A stretch of DNA of 64,000 nt, taken from a virus. Each line of letters opens with the position of its first letter. The first letter of the stretch is position 1. The DNA lies in the IMG/VR virus record IMGVR_UViG_3300036791_000458, positions 1 to 64,000 of that record; one strand, written 5' to 3'. A program made the position numbers and the translations under genes. This document shows positions 9,799 to 19,469 of this stretch, piece by piece. Under the pieces are notes generated by a model that searched no databases, was not told the origin of the DNA, and worked only from the letters and a program-made list of their open reading frames with translations.

Positions 9799-10629
9799 TT
9801 AACCTGCTAACGCCTCTATGTCGTAGAAGTCACGAACATGATTTTTGAGTTCTTCGGAATCACTAATAACTCTCTTTACGTATTCGTAGCGTTCTTCGAG
9901 AAGACCTACGGGACGAATGCTCTTTCTACGATGGTATCCGTACCAGCCGACATGTTGCGCATGAGCTGTTATGGGATAGACTGAGAAGCACCTGTTGAGT
10001 CCCATCACCCGAAGTATCAATCCATCCTGCTCACAGTACTCATTGTCGAAACCGAATCCAAATAGATGGCGACGAATGTAGTACTCCATGTGAGAAAAGT
10101 AATCAGGAATCGCGTGCCTAATAATATGACTAAGAATTCCACGCTCAAAACAAACTCCCCAAGAAGCGTAATCCATATAGTTTTTGTAGTAACCGTTTTC
10201 AACGTCTGCGTTTGGTGCCGAGTGACGCTGGTTCATCGTCCCGATAGAACAAAAGCAATCCGGGAACAACTTCTGAATGTAATAATGCCACTCAAAAAAG
10301 TCCTTTGAAACCATGATGTCATCCTCAACCATGAAGACGTATTTTGCATCAGTTTCATAAGCTTCCCGGTAGGCAGTCAGAACGTTGTAGCTGTTACCAC
10401 TGTAGTTGTGAGTTGGGCGAATGATTATGTCAATCTGCAAAGTAGGAAACTTCGCGACTACAGTCGCAATGTCCTGTATTGGTGACTGGAAACCTTCATG
10501 AGAATCTACGCAAACCCGAATATCTAACTTTGCCGCATCCGGACAACGAGCAATACGCTCAAGACAAATCCAGAGCATTTCCGGACGACTGTATGTCGGA
10601 ATAATCAGAATGTCTTTTTGATCGCTCAT
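9799..10629 (-). CDS. Glycosyltransferase (GT-A fold)
   Basis: 'IIPTYSRPEML', 'FMVEDDIMVSKDFF', 'SWGVCF', 'EQDG', 'QHVGWYG'. Confidence 0.75.
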   Translation of the reverse strand: MSDQKDILIIPTYSRPEMLWICLERIARCPDAAKLDIRVCVDSHEGFQSPIQDIATVVAKFPTLQIDIIIRPTHNYSGNSYNVLTAYREAYETDAKYVFMVEDDIMVSKDFFEWHYYIQKLFPDCFCSIGTMNQRHSAPNADVENGYYKNYMDYASWGVCFERGILSHIIRHAIPDYFSHMEYYIRRHLFGFGFDNEYCEQDGLILRVMGLNRCFSVYPITAHAQHVGWYGYHRRKSIRPVGLLEERYEYVKRVISDSEELKNHVRDFYDIEALAG

Positions 10630-11087
10630 AACTTCTCCAAAGTGTAACGAAGATCGTTAAATTCCCGTCTCACTTCTAGTTGCTTCCACCACTTGGAATA
10701 GTTCTCTCCAAAGTAGTAGCGACCAAAGTCCTGCCATACCGTCCCGGACTCTGGCCCCGGGCACCAGTAAAGAAAACTCTCCGGATGGAAAACCCGATAA
10801 TGAGTAGGATCACGGTACGAGTAATGATTGTCCCAAGCAGGAAGCCTCATGTTGAGAATCCCACCCTGTCTTAGTAGTCGATGACACTCATCTAGCCATA
10901 CCTGTACATCCATCTTCAAATGCTCAAACACATCTGTCGCAAGTATCTCATCAAGTGAACCGTCTTCTAAGGGCCACGGAATCTGCTGTAAGTCCCACGC
11001 GACATCCACAAAATAATCATGCTTCCACTTGTCGTGGTGAGTGTAACCTTCAGTCGGTTTGTTTCCACAACCTAGTTCAAGTTTCAT
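10626..11087 (-). CDS. SAM-dependent methyltransferase (class I)
   Basis: 'LELGCG', 'PWPLEDGSLDEI...DVFEHL', 'ECHRLLRQGG', 'DPTH'. Confidence 0.85.
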   Translation of the reverse strand: MKLELGCGNKPTEGYTHHDKWKHDYFVDVAWDLQQIPWPLEDGSLDEILATDVFEHLKMDVQVWLDECHRLLRQGGILNMRLPAWDNHYSYRDPTHYRVFHPESFLYWCPGPESGTVWQDFGRYYFGENYSKWWKQLEVRREFNDLRYTLEKL

Positions 11088-11632
11088 TGCTTCACCACTA
11101 TCGCGGTGTTTCTCCAATCAGCATTCTTCTCTTTGATCAGTCTCGCGTCAGAGTTATCTCGCAAAAAATCCGTAAAGACTTTATTGAGCTGCGGAAATAC
11201 ATGATGACCAACGTCATCAAATACCAGACACCCACCACGTTTCAACAAACGCCAAGAGTTAGTTAAGTCGGCATTCGCGCCCTCTGCACTATGATCACCG
11301 TCTACCGTAATCAAGTCGAACTCTTCGCTTAAGATAGGAACTAGAACTTTTGAGTCGCCATCTAAAAAAGTTACATGAGCATCAAACAAATCTAATACCG
11401 GAATTATATGCTCGTGATTCGACAATCCGTGGTCACAGTACTTTGGATTCCAGATGTCACACAAAACGATTCTAACCAAAGAAGCATTCACTAGAACCGT
11501 TCTCAGAGAACCACCACCATCTACACCAATTTCGAGGTAACTCTTCGGCCTGATCGATTTACACGCGAAGCACAGGGCATCGTGAAGGTCTTGCCCCGGA
11601 ATCCCCGACCATTCCCAAACCAGTTCCATCAA
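11084..11632 (-). CDS. SAM-dependent methyltransferase (Methyltransf_24-like)
   Basis: 'YLEIGVDGGGS', 'GDS', 'FDLITVDGDHS', 'LLKRGG.LVFDD'. Confidence 0.85.
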   Translation of the reverse strand: MMELVWEWSGIPGQDLHDALCFACKSIRPKSYLEIGVDGGGSLRTVLVNASLVRIVLCDIWNPKYCDHGLSNHEHIIPVLDLFDAHVTFLDGDSKVLVPILSEEFDLITVDGDHSAEGANADLTNSWRLLKRGGCLVFDDVGHHVFPQLNKVFTDFLRDNSDARLIKEKNADWRNTAIVVKQ

Positions 11633-12540
11633 GCAACCCCTGCCATCACATCAAGATTCTTTTCGAATACTTCCCTGTCCAAACGAAATTGTTCACGAGC
11701 ACGTTCCCGAAACAACTCTATCTGCATATCAGTCATATTGAGTGCTATTGAAACTCCGTCCATTATCGCGTCCGGTGACACGTAGTGAAGACTCGCGGAG
11801 TTATATGGTTTAGTTCGATCATAAGGAACCATGATTGCAGCCGAGCACTCATTCATAGGAGGCGCATCGGTAGTGATTACTATCGCGCCAACCCCTAAAC
11901 CTTCATGAAGCACATGACCGTAACCTTCATAGGCAGATGGCATGATATGAAACAAATGACTATTCATCAAAGGCACCATTTCTTCATCGGTGACTCTTTG
12001 TATCCAAGTAACGTTTTTCTGCTTAGGGCGATAATACTCAGATACTACAGTTAGCTGTGAATCGATATTTCGCCACGCTCTCAGTATAGAATCAGTGTTT
12101 TTGAACTGAGATTTCCCCGCAACATGAAGAAACTTTCTCTCCCGTTCAATTTCCGGAACGTAAAAGTCTAATGCCTTCCAACCGAGATAGTCGATACTGA
12201 ATCTCGTTTTTGATTGGTTCTGCCAATCCACACGTCTCTTCTCTCTAAAAATTTCAGCACAATCTTTAGTCTTTGCGAATACCTTGTCTATCTCTGGAAG
12301 AAGATTATCGAAGTACCACCACTCAGCATTAGGTATCACCCATTGTTCACGCGCACACTTGAATAGTTGTGGTGCGACTAGCTCAACAAAGATGTTGAAG
12401 TCTACTTCCGGACACTCAATATCATTCCACATGACCTTGGAGACTTCCACGCCGCGAGACGATAGCTCTCTACCGAGCATTTCACAGTCTCTCTGTAGTC
12501 CAACACCGTTGCTCAAATTGGATATGATGTTAACCCGCAC
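11629..12540 (-). CDS. Glycosyltransferase (GT-B, GT4-like)
   Basis: 'FLHVAGKS..KNT', 'PSAYEGYGHVLHEGL..G..VITTDAPPMNE'; likely GTG start at 12540. Confidence 0.82.
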   Translation of the reverse strand: MRVNIISNLSNGVGLQRDCEMLGRELSSRGVEVSKVMWNDIECPEVDFNIFVELVAPQLFKCAREQWVIPNAEWWYFDNLLPEIDKVFAKTKDCAEIFREKRRVDWQNQSKTRFSIDYLGWKALDFYVPEIERERKFLHVAGKSQFKNTDSILRAWRNIDSQLTVVSEYYRPKQKNVTWIQRVTDEEMVPLMNSHLFHIMPSAYEGYGHVLHEGLGVGAIVITTDAPPMNECSAAIMVPYDRTKPYNSASLHYVSPDAIMDGVSIALNMTDMQIELFRERAREQFRLDREVFEKNLDVMAGVA

Positions 12541-13219
12541 TTGTTGCCTTCGCCTCAAGAAATTCAACCGGAAGTTCTTCCAAAGGAAGTGTCTGCCACC
12601 AGTTACCATCCGTAAGTCTGTACTCGCTCGTATTGTTCCCATGAACACGAGCAACCATCGTCTTCTCTCCGTCCACACTGTGAATCTGATTATTAATCCG
12701 CGCCTTAACTACAAAGGCATTATCCTCGCCTATATTCTTACATTCGAAGTTGTGCTGTTCCCAAAACTCACGGGTATAGCAAAGACTAGAACCACATGAG
12801 TACTCAGTGCTGGGATGAGTGTACTTGTAGAGTTGTTTTTCTCTTGAATCAAAAAATAATAGCGAATAAAAACCAACTACACTTTTCCCAGAAGAATTCA
12901 TCGTTTTGACTTGCTTAGTAATACGATCACTGGCTGACCAATCATCGTCATCGAAGTGAATGAATACCGAACCTTTGCCAAGTCGGTTCGCGATATTACG
13001 CTTTGCACCTATTGACTGCCTAGTAGGATAAAACTCAGACATGACAGGACGGTAATAGGTCACTCCCGGTACACCTTCACACAAGTCTTTGACTATGTCG
13101 TAGCCGTCATCGACAACTATCAATTCCTTTTCCTGCCAGTCCTGTTTTTGATAGCACTTCAGCGCGGAGACTAAAAAGTCACGTCTGTCCGCCGTCGGCA
13201 TTATGCAAGTGACTAACAT
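12530..13219 (-). CDS. Glycosyltransferase family 2
   Basis: 'VTCIMPTADR', 'ELIVVDDG', 'IGAKRN', 'HFDDDDW', 'GED'. Confidence 0.88.
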   Translation of the reverse strand: MLVTCIMPTADRRDFLVSALKCYQKQDWQEKELIVVDDGYDIVKDLCEGVPGVTYYRPVMSEFYPTRQSIGAKRNIANRLGKGSVFIHFDDDDWSASDRITKQVKTMNSSGKSVVGFYSLLFFDSREKQLYKYTHPSTEYSCGSSLCYTREFWEQHNFECKNIGEDNAFVVKARINNQIHSVDGEKTMVARVHGNNTSEYRLTDGNWWQTLPLEELPVEFLEAKATSAG

Positions 13220-13268
13220 AAGAATTAAGAGATGCTTCCGGAGAAGCATCTCTCACAGCCGGCCTTTT

Positions 13269-13712
13269 TCATGCAACCGTAATCAACTGAAATGGAGCAG
13301 TTGATTGTGGGTTGTCTGGATCAGCAGTGGTAAGGGTGACATCATGACGTGCCATACCTTGCCCTGCGTATTTCAGTATGTTGACTTCGGGAACGGCAAC
13401 TTTCACCTCAGTGTCCGTCCAAGCTGGCGTGCTCTGGACAGGACTTTGCTCAGTGTCTTCATCCATCACCACGCTCGCCGCAAATCCGCCAACCGTAACC
13501 GAACCAATATCGGTGCCGAAGTTTGTTCCGGTGATAGTAATGGTATCTCCCACCTTTGCAACTTCGGGATCAATTGTTTCAATGGTAGGCGCAGTGGACG
13601 ACGCTTTTTCAGTAGCGGACGAAGACGACACTGACACCCGTTTTGCTGGCTTCAGCGGGGTTGGCGGTGGCGTCTTGTGTTCAGTTGAAGTTTTGTGCTC
13701 TTGATCAGTCAT
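13269..13712 (-). CDS. IPT/TIG (Ig-like) domain protein, probable capsid decoration protein
   Basis: 'PTIETIDP....GDTITITGTNFG...GSVTVGG......WTDTEV...VP'; directly downstream of the capsid gene. Confidence 0.65.
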   Translation of the reverse strand: MTDQEHKTSTEHKTPPPTPLKPAKRVSVSSSSATEKASSTAPTIETIDPEVAKVGDTITITGTNFGTDIGSVTVGGFAASVVMDEDTEQSPVQSTPAWTDTEVKVAVPEVNILKYAGQGMARHDVTLTTADPDNPQSTAPFQLITVA

Positions 13713-13752
13713 TTGAAAAATCCTTTCGAGATATGGTTATAACCATCTCTAA

Positions 13753-13782
13753 TCCTCATTGGCACTAATAGCACCAATGAGG
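13753..13782 (-). terminator. Stem-loop downstream of the capsid gene (terminator or mRNA stabiliser)
   Basis: Inverted repeat TCCTCATTGG...CCAATGAGGA; no strong U-tract. Confidence 0.35.
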
Positions 13783-13798
13783 AAAAGAGTTAAACGAA

Positions 13799-15388
13799 CT
13801 ACGGATTCACTACGTTCGCGGCGCCTGTTATCACGGCAATCCCGAATGGGATGTAGTGTTGAAGCGTCTCGAAGCAGTAAGTTCCAAGTTCATGCTGCAA
13901 TTTTCTGTAGGGCCACTTAATCGAGAAGTGATCTTCCAGTGACATGATCTGCCGTACAGTCGGAATAGTTCCGCCCGCGGCAGGATACGGGTTGTTAATC
14001 AGGTCAAAGTAGATGCAACCTTGGGGCATCCACGGGTGAGTAAGAACGGGAAGAACCTTGGGCGCGCCCGTGTTTGAATACTTGGAACGGTATTCAACCA
14101 GTTTGGTGCCACCGGACAAAGTTCCATCTGAATTGCGATCAAACACGATTCTTTGCGCAAGGGAGTGCCCAGTACTTGACTGAACAATGGCGCGGGAAAT
14201 CGCGGAAATCAAATTACCACCGACATAGATTTTGTCGAAGGTCAACTTGTAGTTAAGCCAGAAGAAGTCCATGACATCTTCAAACTCTTTGATCGTCCCG
14301 TCGCCGTTCGCAGTGAAGCCGGCCCCGGCCAAGTCCTTCCAATAAGAAGGTTGCGACGCATTCGCGTTGCTGAATCCCCACGTCATCAAGCCATCAAAGT
14401 CAAGAGTGTTGTAGGAATTGTCGGTTGACAGTCCTTTGGTGGTGACTGCATCAGTCGCGTTTGCTTTTTGGTTTGTTCCCGGAGGCGCCCCTGAAATGAC
14501 TACGGTTGAGGTTGACGAAAGTCCCCAGAACACAGCATTTGATGTCACAGGAGTCGTTGCATCAGTCGTGTCAACAAACCACGCGTAGGCAACGGCGCCA
14601 GCAATTGGATTCACCGTGAACTGAACGGACTGTTTACTTGTGCCTGAGCTTGACGCGACAACTGCTGACGCGGCGGAAACTACTGACGTGCCACCGTTGA
14701 TATCGTCAGTCGAAGAATCCGCGTTAACACGGCGGAATGGAAGCTTCACCCCGGTTGGAGTCGCGAGATACTGACCCCACGCGGTCAATGCGACACAAAA
14801 CGCCGAAACATTCACCGCATTTGGAAATCCGGTGCCACCTTTTGCATCAACCACCGTGGTCACACCGAGCGCGACTGGTGCGGAAACCGTTCCCAAAACG
14901 AATCCATAGGTTCCGCCCACTCCGGGAGTACCGGAGTTGCCAAAGAGAATCATTCTCTCTTCGCCCATGAGTAACGCGTTCAACTGGGAAAGTTGCGCGA
15001 GTGATACGTTGTCATCGAACCCCAAACCAGTTGCTTGCGCTTGGAAAGATACCTCAACATCCTTGCCCAAGAACTTGTAAGGCGCGTAGTAGTCTTTCTC
15101 AGTGAAGTTGAGATAGGCGTTGCGGTTTCCTTCTGACACGGCAGGATAGCCACCAGCATCGATACCAGTGATTGCTTTCCAGTTAATTCCCAGACCGCCA
15201 ACCCGTTGCCCATTGAACATCGGGTTTTTGCGAGGGATAGAAGCAAGGAGCGGATAGAACACCGGATAGATGTTCTTCGCTTGTGCTTCCAAGTTGTAGA
15301 AGTTAAGGCCTGTGCCAGTAGAGATGCCCGTGGTTGTAGCATCCTTTCTGAGACCTTTGATTAATTCCAATATAGATGGGTTAATCAT
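13799..15388 (-). CDS. Major capsid protein with a central beta-rich insertion
   Basis: Follows protease and scaffold; 'YNLEAQAK.IYP', 'SEGNR', 'FDGL', 'HPWMPQG'; 529 aa; C-ending codon bias typical of a highly expressed gene. Confidence 0.82.
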   Translation of the reverse strand: MINPSILELIKGLRKDATTTGISTGTGLNFYNLEAQAKNIYPVFYPLLASIPRKNPMFNGQRVGGLGINWKAITGIDAGGYPAVSEGNRNAYLNFTEKDYYAPYKFLGKDVEVSFQAQATGLGFDDNVSLAQLSQLNALLMGEERMILFGNSGTPGVGGTYGFVLGTVSAPVALGVTTVVDAKGGTGFPNAVNVSAFCVALTAWGQYLATPTGVKLPFRRVNADSSTDDINGGTSVVSAASAVVASSSGTSKQSVQFTVNPIAGAVAYAWFVDTTDATTPVTSNAVFWGLSSTSTVVISGAPPGTNQKANATDAVTTKGLSTDNSYNTLDFDGLMTWGFSNANASQPSYWKDLAGAGFTANGDGTIKEFEDVMDFFWLNYKLTFDKIYVGGNLISAISRAIVQSSTGHSLAQRIVFDRNSDGTLSGGTKLVEYRSKYSNTGAPKVLPVLTHPWMPQGCIYFDLINNPYPAAGGTIPTVRQIMSLEDHFSIKWPYRKLQHELGTYCFETLQHYIPFGIAVITGAANVVNP

Positions 15389-15509
15389 TTCTCTTGCTCC
15401 TATTGTATCGGCTCGTCAGACTCAAGCTATAACTAGCTTTCTGACCCGATTTTTGTTACAGTTCAACTTGACGGGACGGTCTAGTTTCGAACCGTCCCGC
15501 GCAATTGAA

Positions 15510-16307
15510 TCAGTGCAGCTTTGACATTGGCTCAATCAATGTAACGGGAAGCTCCTGTGATTTTGTCCCGCGCATAAGCTTGAGCGCCTCTTCCTGATCA
15601 CCACCAACCGCCTTTGCGATATCGACTGGCCCAGAGTTTACGGGCGGTTTGACATCAGTCGCGTCATTCACTTTCGTCACCGCGCCACCCCCGCCTGCAC
15701 GAACAACAGGACGAACATCTGAGCGATCACCAACGCCAGTCCCGTTCCCGTTTCCGCTCATGGCTTTTTCCACTGTGCCATTGCCACCGGAGTTTCCGCC
15801 CTGATTGCCGGCGTCATCGTTTCCCGCAAGTGCTTTGACAAACTCTTCCATGAAAGAAGTCATCGAAGAATCCACTGCTTTCTGGATCATCTGCTGAACG
15901 TCTTCCGCCTTCAAAACTTTCTCGGCATCGTTCTTCTTTCCGTTCCCATTGCCACCGTTGCCACCGTTACCGCCGTTCTCGCCAGTCGTTTCACCTTTAC
16001 CGCTGGTCGCAGTCGCGCCAGAACCCTTGCTCGAACCCGCAGCTTTGTTCGCGCCGAAGTCCTGAAGGTTCTTCGTCCCTTCGGCTTCAAGATCGATGGA
16101 CTTCAATTCTCCACTTTCATCACCGAGAATTTTGTGAACATTCCCGATTGCTGCGCTCATGTCATCTGCATGTGCCTTGTGAAGGGCATTAATTTTTGAC
16201 ATGTGCCCATTGTGAAGATCATTTGCTTTCTGGTAAAAATCCGCAACCGCCTTTGTCATACGCGCCAATTGGGTGGCTGCCGACTTCGTTTTCTCTAAGT
16301 AATTCAT
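15510..16307 (-). CDS. Capsid scaffold protein (putative)
   Basis: Between protease and capsid genes; helical and Gly/Asn low-complexity; many hydrophobic-x-K|A sites. Confidence 0.6.
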   Translation of the reverse strand: MNYLEKTKSAATQLARMTKAVADFYQKANDLHNGHMSKINALHKAHADDMSAAIGNVHKILGDESGELKSIDLEAEGTKNLQDFGANKAAGSSKGSGATATSGKGETTGENGGNGGNGGNGNGKKNDAEKVLKAEDVQQMIQKAVDSSMTSFMEEFVKALAGNDDAGNQGGNSGGNGTVEKAMSGNGNGTGVGDRSDVRPVVRAGGGGAVTKVNDATDVKPPVNSGPVDIAKAVGGDQEEALKLMRGTKSQELPVTLIEPMSKLH

Positions 16308-16355
16308 TTCGGACGTTACCTTTCCCCGCCAACTGGCGGTTGGGTTTTGTTTGGG

Positions 16356-18431
16356 TTAAGGTTGATAAGAGTTCGTTGCAGCGAGATACAAACCCTCACT
16401 GGGTTGCGATGCTTTGTACAAACTTTCTACAAGCTTCTCACAGTCATCTCCGTAAGGCGCCTTCCCGTCAGTCGCTTCATCGAAAACATCGTCAGTACCG
16501 TTCTTCTGTGACGCCTTGTAAATGGTAATATCCTTTTCAAACTCTGCCTTCTCAAGCTCGTTAGCTTGAATTACTTGCTTCTCAAGATCGGTGAGTTCTG
16601 ACGCACAGAACAACCCGACTGGACTACAGCTTGAGCTACAGTTAGGGTAACAAGAAGACGTACACTCATCGGGCGCCTTGTCAGTTTTTGTTTGCGCGAG
16701 TAGTTCATCGACTTCTTCCTTCGCCATTGACAGGAAGGTTTCAGCCATGCTTTCGATGTCAGATTGAAGATCAGCAGGAAGAGTAGACGCGGTGTCTTCT
16801 TCATACGTCTGCTCATTTTGAACTGACCATTTCAACCACGCCATTTGAAGAATCAAAGACGCGAGGCGGGCGACTTCGTTCAACCCTTTCCTGAGTCCAC
16901 CAGTAGTCGCGTCAACCGTCTTCCAAGTATCAGGGATAGCATCAGTCGCGCCCAAATCCTTCGCTCTACGTTTGATGTGCTGTTTGACTTTGTCCGGATT
17001 CTTCGCTCTACCTATTGCTTGAATCGCGTTGTGTAGGTCACTGGTATTCGCGATTGGATAGGAACCGTCAGCCATTGCGTGACCTTTGTCCGCCAGTTTT
17101 TCCCGTTCCTTGTCGGACACATCCCGCTTTGTCAGTTCATCGAGCGTAGTCTTGACTTCATCTTTCGACTTGCCCAGTCTCTTTCCCAGTGAAGTACGCA
17201 AGATGTCCATCACCTGCTCGTTTACCTTGTCCACATGGATGCCGACTGCAACCGCCCGAGTAAGAAGATTGTTCCACGCGGTTTCTTTCCCCTCATCATT
17301 TTCGAACTTGATTTTGTTGAAGGTTGCAAGTTCTTTTTTGACCATAGCGCGCTCTGCGAGTTTTGCGACCAATGGATCAACCTTCGCGACTTTCTTCGCT
17401 TTGCCTAGGCAGTGGTCATCGTCACAACCGGGACAATCTTCACAGTCATCGTTCTGACAGGACTCACAGTCACACTCACAACCATTCTTGTTGCCGTCTT
17501 CTTTCTTGAGTTCTTCGGTTGGCACAACTTTTTTGTTTAACGCCGCGAGCACCAACCGTCCAATTTCAAGGTGATGAGTCTTCAACATATCCCGAACTTC
17601 TGCCTTGGTGAAAACTGGTTCAATAGTTTTCGTCGCGAGTCCTTCCATGACTTTGTGCGCTTCATACCCTTCGTCATTCATCCAATTCGCGAGTGCCCAC
17701 GGGTTGTCAATCTCCGGATGATCTTTCATGGCTTCAACTGTGCCTTCCCAGCCTTCGGGTGACTTCTTTTCGACGGATGGTTTGTAGCCATCGTCAACCG
17801 CGTCTCTGTATTTCTTGATGACAGCGGGAAGTCCTGTCCACTCTTTGGATTGCTTTTCAACTTTTTGTTCAACCGACTTGAACTTACGAAGCTCAACCGT
17901 TCCATCGGTTTTGACGAATTCAAAGTGAGCATCCGGATTGCAAGGGTTGTCAACAAGAGAAACTTCTGACGGTTTCGCGGTGTAACGTTTGAATTCTCCG
18001 TCAGTGATTATCCCACCCATGTACTCGCCACCGTGGGAAAAGCCGGTGTAAACACCTTGAAGACATTTCTGCCACGCGGGTTCATCCACAACCTTTGCAG
18101 TACAGTAGATGACTTTAGCTTGATCATCATAGAGCAAGTTAGTCAACTTGCCTACTGCGATTAGTTTGTGCATCTCGCGAAGGTTACCGAGTGAGTTTCC
18201 ACTTGTCGCCTTCGCGAATTCCTGTGACCACGCTTGATAGTATGGTTTAGACTTCGCGTAGTCGCAAATCTCGCCCGTCTTATCCGGTGTTTCAGAGGTA
18301 ACGATTCCAGATACCTCACGCAACGCGGAATCAATTTTTGTGATCGGTACGATCTTCCGAAATGATCCCATTGAAATTGGAGTTCTTGCTGCCTTTTCCA
18401 TAGTATCCTCACCATTCATTGTTCCAACCAA
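16356..18431 (-). CDS. Prohead maturation protease with C-terminal accessory domains
   Basis: 'VSGIVTSETPDKTGE', 'LREMH..AVGK', 'VYTGFSHGG', 'EVSLVDNPCNPDA' (HK97/XkdF-like protease motifs); DUF6582-like 'GSYPIAN..DL.NAI.A.GRA'; Cys-rich stretches. Start may be ATG 18401. Confidence 0.85.
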   Translation of the reverse strand: MVGTMNGEDTMEKAARTPISMGSFRKIVPITKIDSALREVSGIVTSETPDKTGEICDYAKSKPYYQAWSQEFAKATSGNSLGNLREMHKLIAVGKLTNLLYDDQAKVIYCTAKVVDEPAWQKCLQGVYTGFSHGGEYMGGIITDGEFKRYTAKPSEVSLVDNPCNPDAHFEFVKTDGTVELRKFKSVEQKVEKQSKEWTGLPAVIKKYRDAVDDGYKPSVEKKSPEGWEGTVEAMKDHPEIDNPWALANWMNDEGYEAHKVMEGLATKTIEPVFTKAEVRDMLKTHHLEIGRLVLAALNKKVVPTEELKKEDGNKNGCECDCESCQNDDCEDCPGCDDDHCLGKAKKVAKVDPLVAKLAERAMVKKELATFNKIKFENDEGKETAWNNLLTRAVAVGIHVDKVNEQVMDILRTSLGKRLGKSKDEVKTTLDELTKRDVSDKEREKLADKGHAMADGSYPIANTSDLHNAIQAIGRAKNPDKVKQHIKRRAKDLGATDAIPDTWKTVDATTGGLRKGLNEVARLASLILQMAWLKWSVQNEQTYEEDTASTLPADLQSDIESMAETFLSMAKEEVDELLAQTKTDKAPDECTSSCYPNCSSSCSPVGLFCASELTDLEKQVIQANELEKAEFEKDITIYKASQKNGTDDVFDEATDGKAPYGDDCEKLVESLYKASQPSEGLYLAATNSYQP

Positions 18432-18786
18432 CCGGATAGCCGGTATTCCTGCCTATTTGAACCGCCCTATCGTCTTCCAGCGAAATCATCCACGGGTCTT
18501 TCTCGTTCGTGATAGGTAGTACTTCACCAAAAATCTCCAAACAAAAGGCGGAGATGACAGAATAGCCTATCATCACCGCCTTTAGTCTTTCCTCAGAACC
18601 ATCATTCCAGACTCGGCCAGTGAAGATTTTGACTATCTGTCCATCAGCTAGTCTTTGTCTCACCCTATAAATGGTAGGCCATATAGGCTCACCAATATAG
18701 CTTGGATCATCACGAATGTCTTTATCCGGAATCGTTACTAGAGTACCATCAAAATCGATTCCGTACCATCCTTCTTGGGCGGTCAT
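18409..18786 (-). CDS. HAD-superfamily phosphatase (phage PNKP-phosphatase-like)
   Basis: 'GIDFDGTL', 'IFTGR', 'ITNEKD', 'DDRA'. Confidence 0.75.
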   Translation of the reverse strand: MTAQEGWYGIDFDGTLVTIPDKDIRDDPSYIGEPIWPTIYRVRQRLADGQIVKIFTGRVWNDGSEERLKAVMIGYSVISAFCLEIFGEVLPITNEKDPWMISLEDDRAVQIGRNTGYPVGWNNEW

Positions 18787-18802
18787 AAAAGATTTTTTCT
18801 TT

Positions 18803-19144
18803 CTAATTATCCGTGTTCTTTCTTACTCCTACCGTAACTAGGTCTTCCCAGTGTCCATTTGCACCACCCGGAGTAACTATGTCACTAACTCTGACATAGG
18901 TTCCCGGATTAGGAACTGAGGTGCTTTCAATTGGAGTGGAGTACCAACCTGCGCCTAAGACACTGTCAGGACTAAGCTCTAAATCGCTAAGATTATCCAG
19001 TACTTCTCCCGGTTGCGAATCAGGATGTGCCCTGCTACGATTTTTATAGTAGCTAACCGTTACAGTAGCATCAAGAATAGGATTCCCTGTAACTAAGTCA
19101 GTAACCTTGACTGCAACTTTATTATCGTTATCCCAGTAAAGCAC
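18803..19144 (-). CDS. Hypothetical beta-rich (Ig-like) probable virion protein
   Basis: 113 aa with alternating beta-strand pattern inside the structural operon. Confidence 0.45.
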   Translation of the reverse strand: MLYWDNDNKVAVKVTDLVTGNPILDATVTVSYYKNRSRAHPDSQPGEVLDNLSDLELSPDSVLGAGWYSTPIESTSVPNPGTYVRVSDIVTPGGANGHWEDLVTVGVRKNTDN

Positions 19145-19154
19145 TTTAGTTACC

Positions 19155-19469
19155 TCATGTCTCCACCGTGTCTTGTTCTAACAAGGCAGCTTCTTCAACA
19201 TTGACACTGGCACTCAATTGTATATCTAGCGAAACTACCTGCTGGAGTAAGATATCCATTGGCTCCATCGTCATGCTCGGTGGTTCGATAAGCAAATCCA
19301 TTCTCAGTGTATTGAAATCAAGGAATAGAGCATCAAGAAGAATCTTCGGAACAACTGGTACAGTTCCGCCCCACGGGGTTAAACCCCATTCCTCAACACC
19401 CCAGCCCGTATCAGGCTGTGTTCCACCCCACGAAGAAGAATTCCACGGTGCTGATCCCCAAGGTGTCAT
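19155..19469 (-). CDS. Hypothetical protein with N-terminal WG repeats
   Basis: 'PWGSAPWNSSSWGG...WGVEEWGLTPWGG'; ATGA overlap with the upstream gene. Confidence 0.5.
   Translation of the reverse strand: MTPWGSAPWNSSSWGGTQPDTGWGVEEWGLTPWGGTVPVVPKILLDALFLDFNTLRMDLLIEPPSMTMEPMDILLQQVVSLDIQLSASVNVEEAALLEQDTVET

Noticed and set aside
15472-15499. Hairpin CGGGACGGT...ACCGTCCCG between scaffold and capsid genes as a terminator
   Set aside because: No U-tract on the - strand and it lies upstream of the capsid gene; more likely an mRNA stability or processing element, too weakly supported to call.
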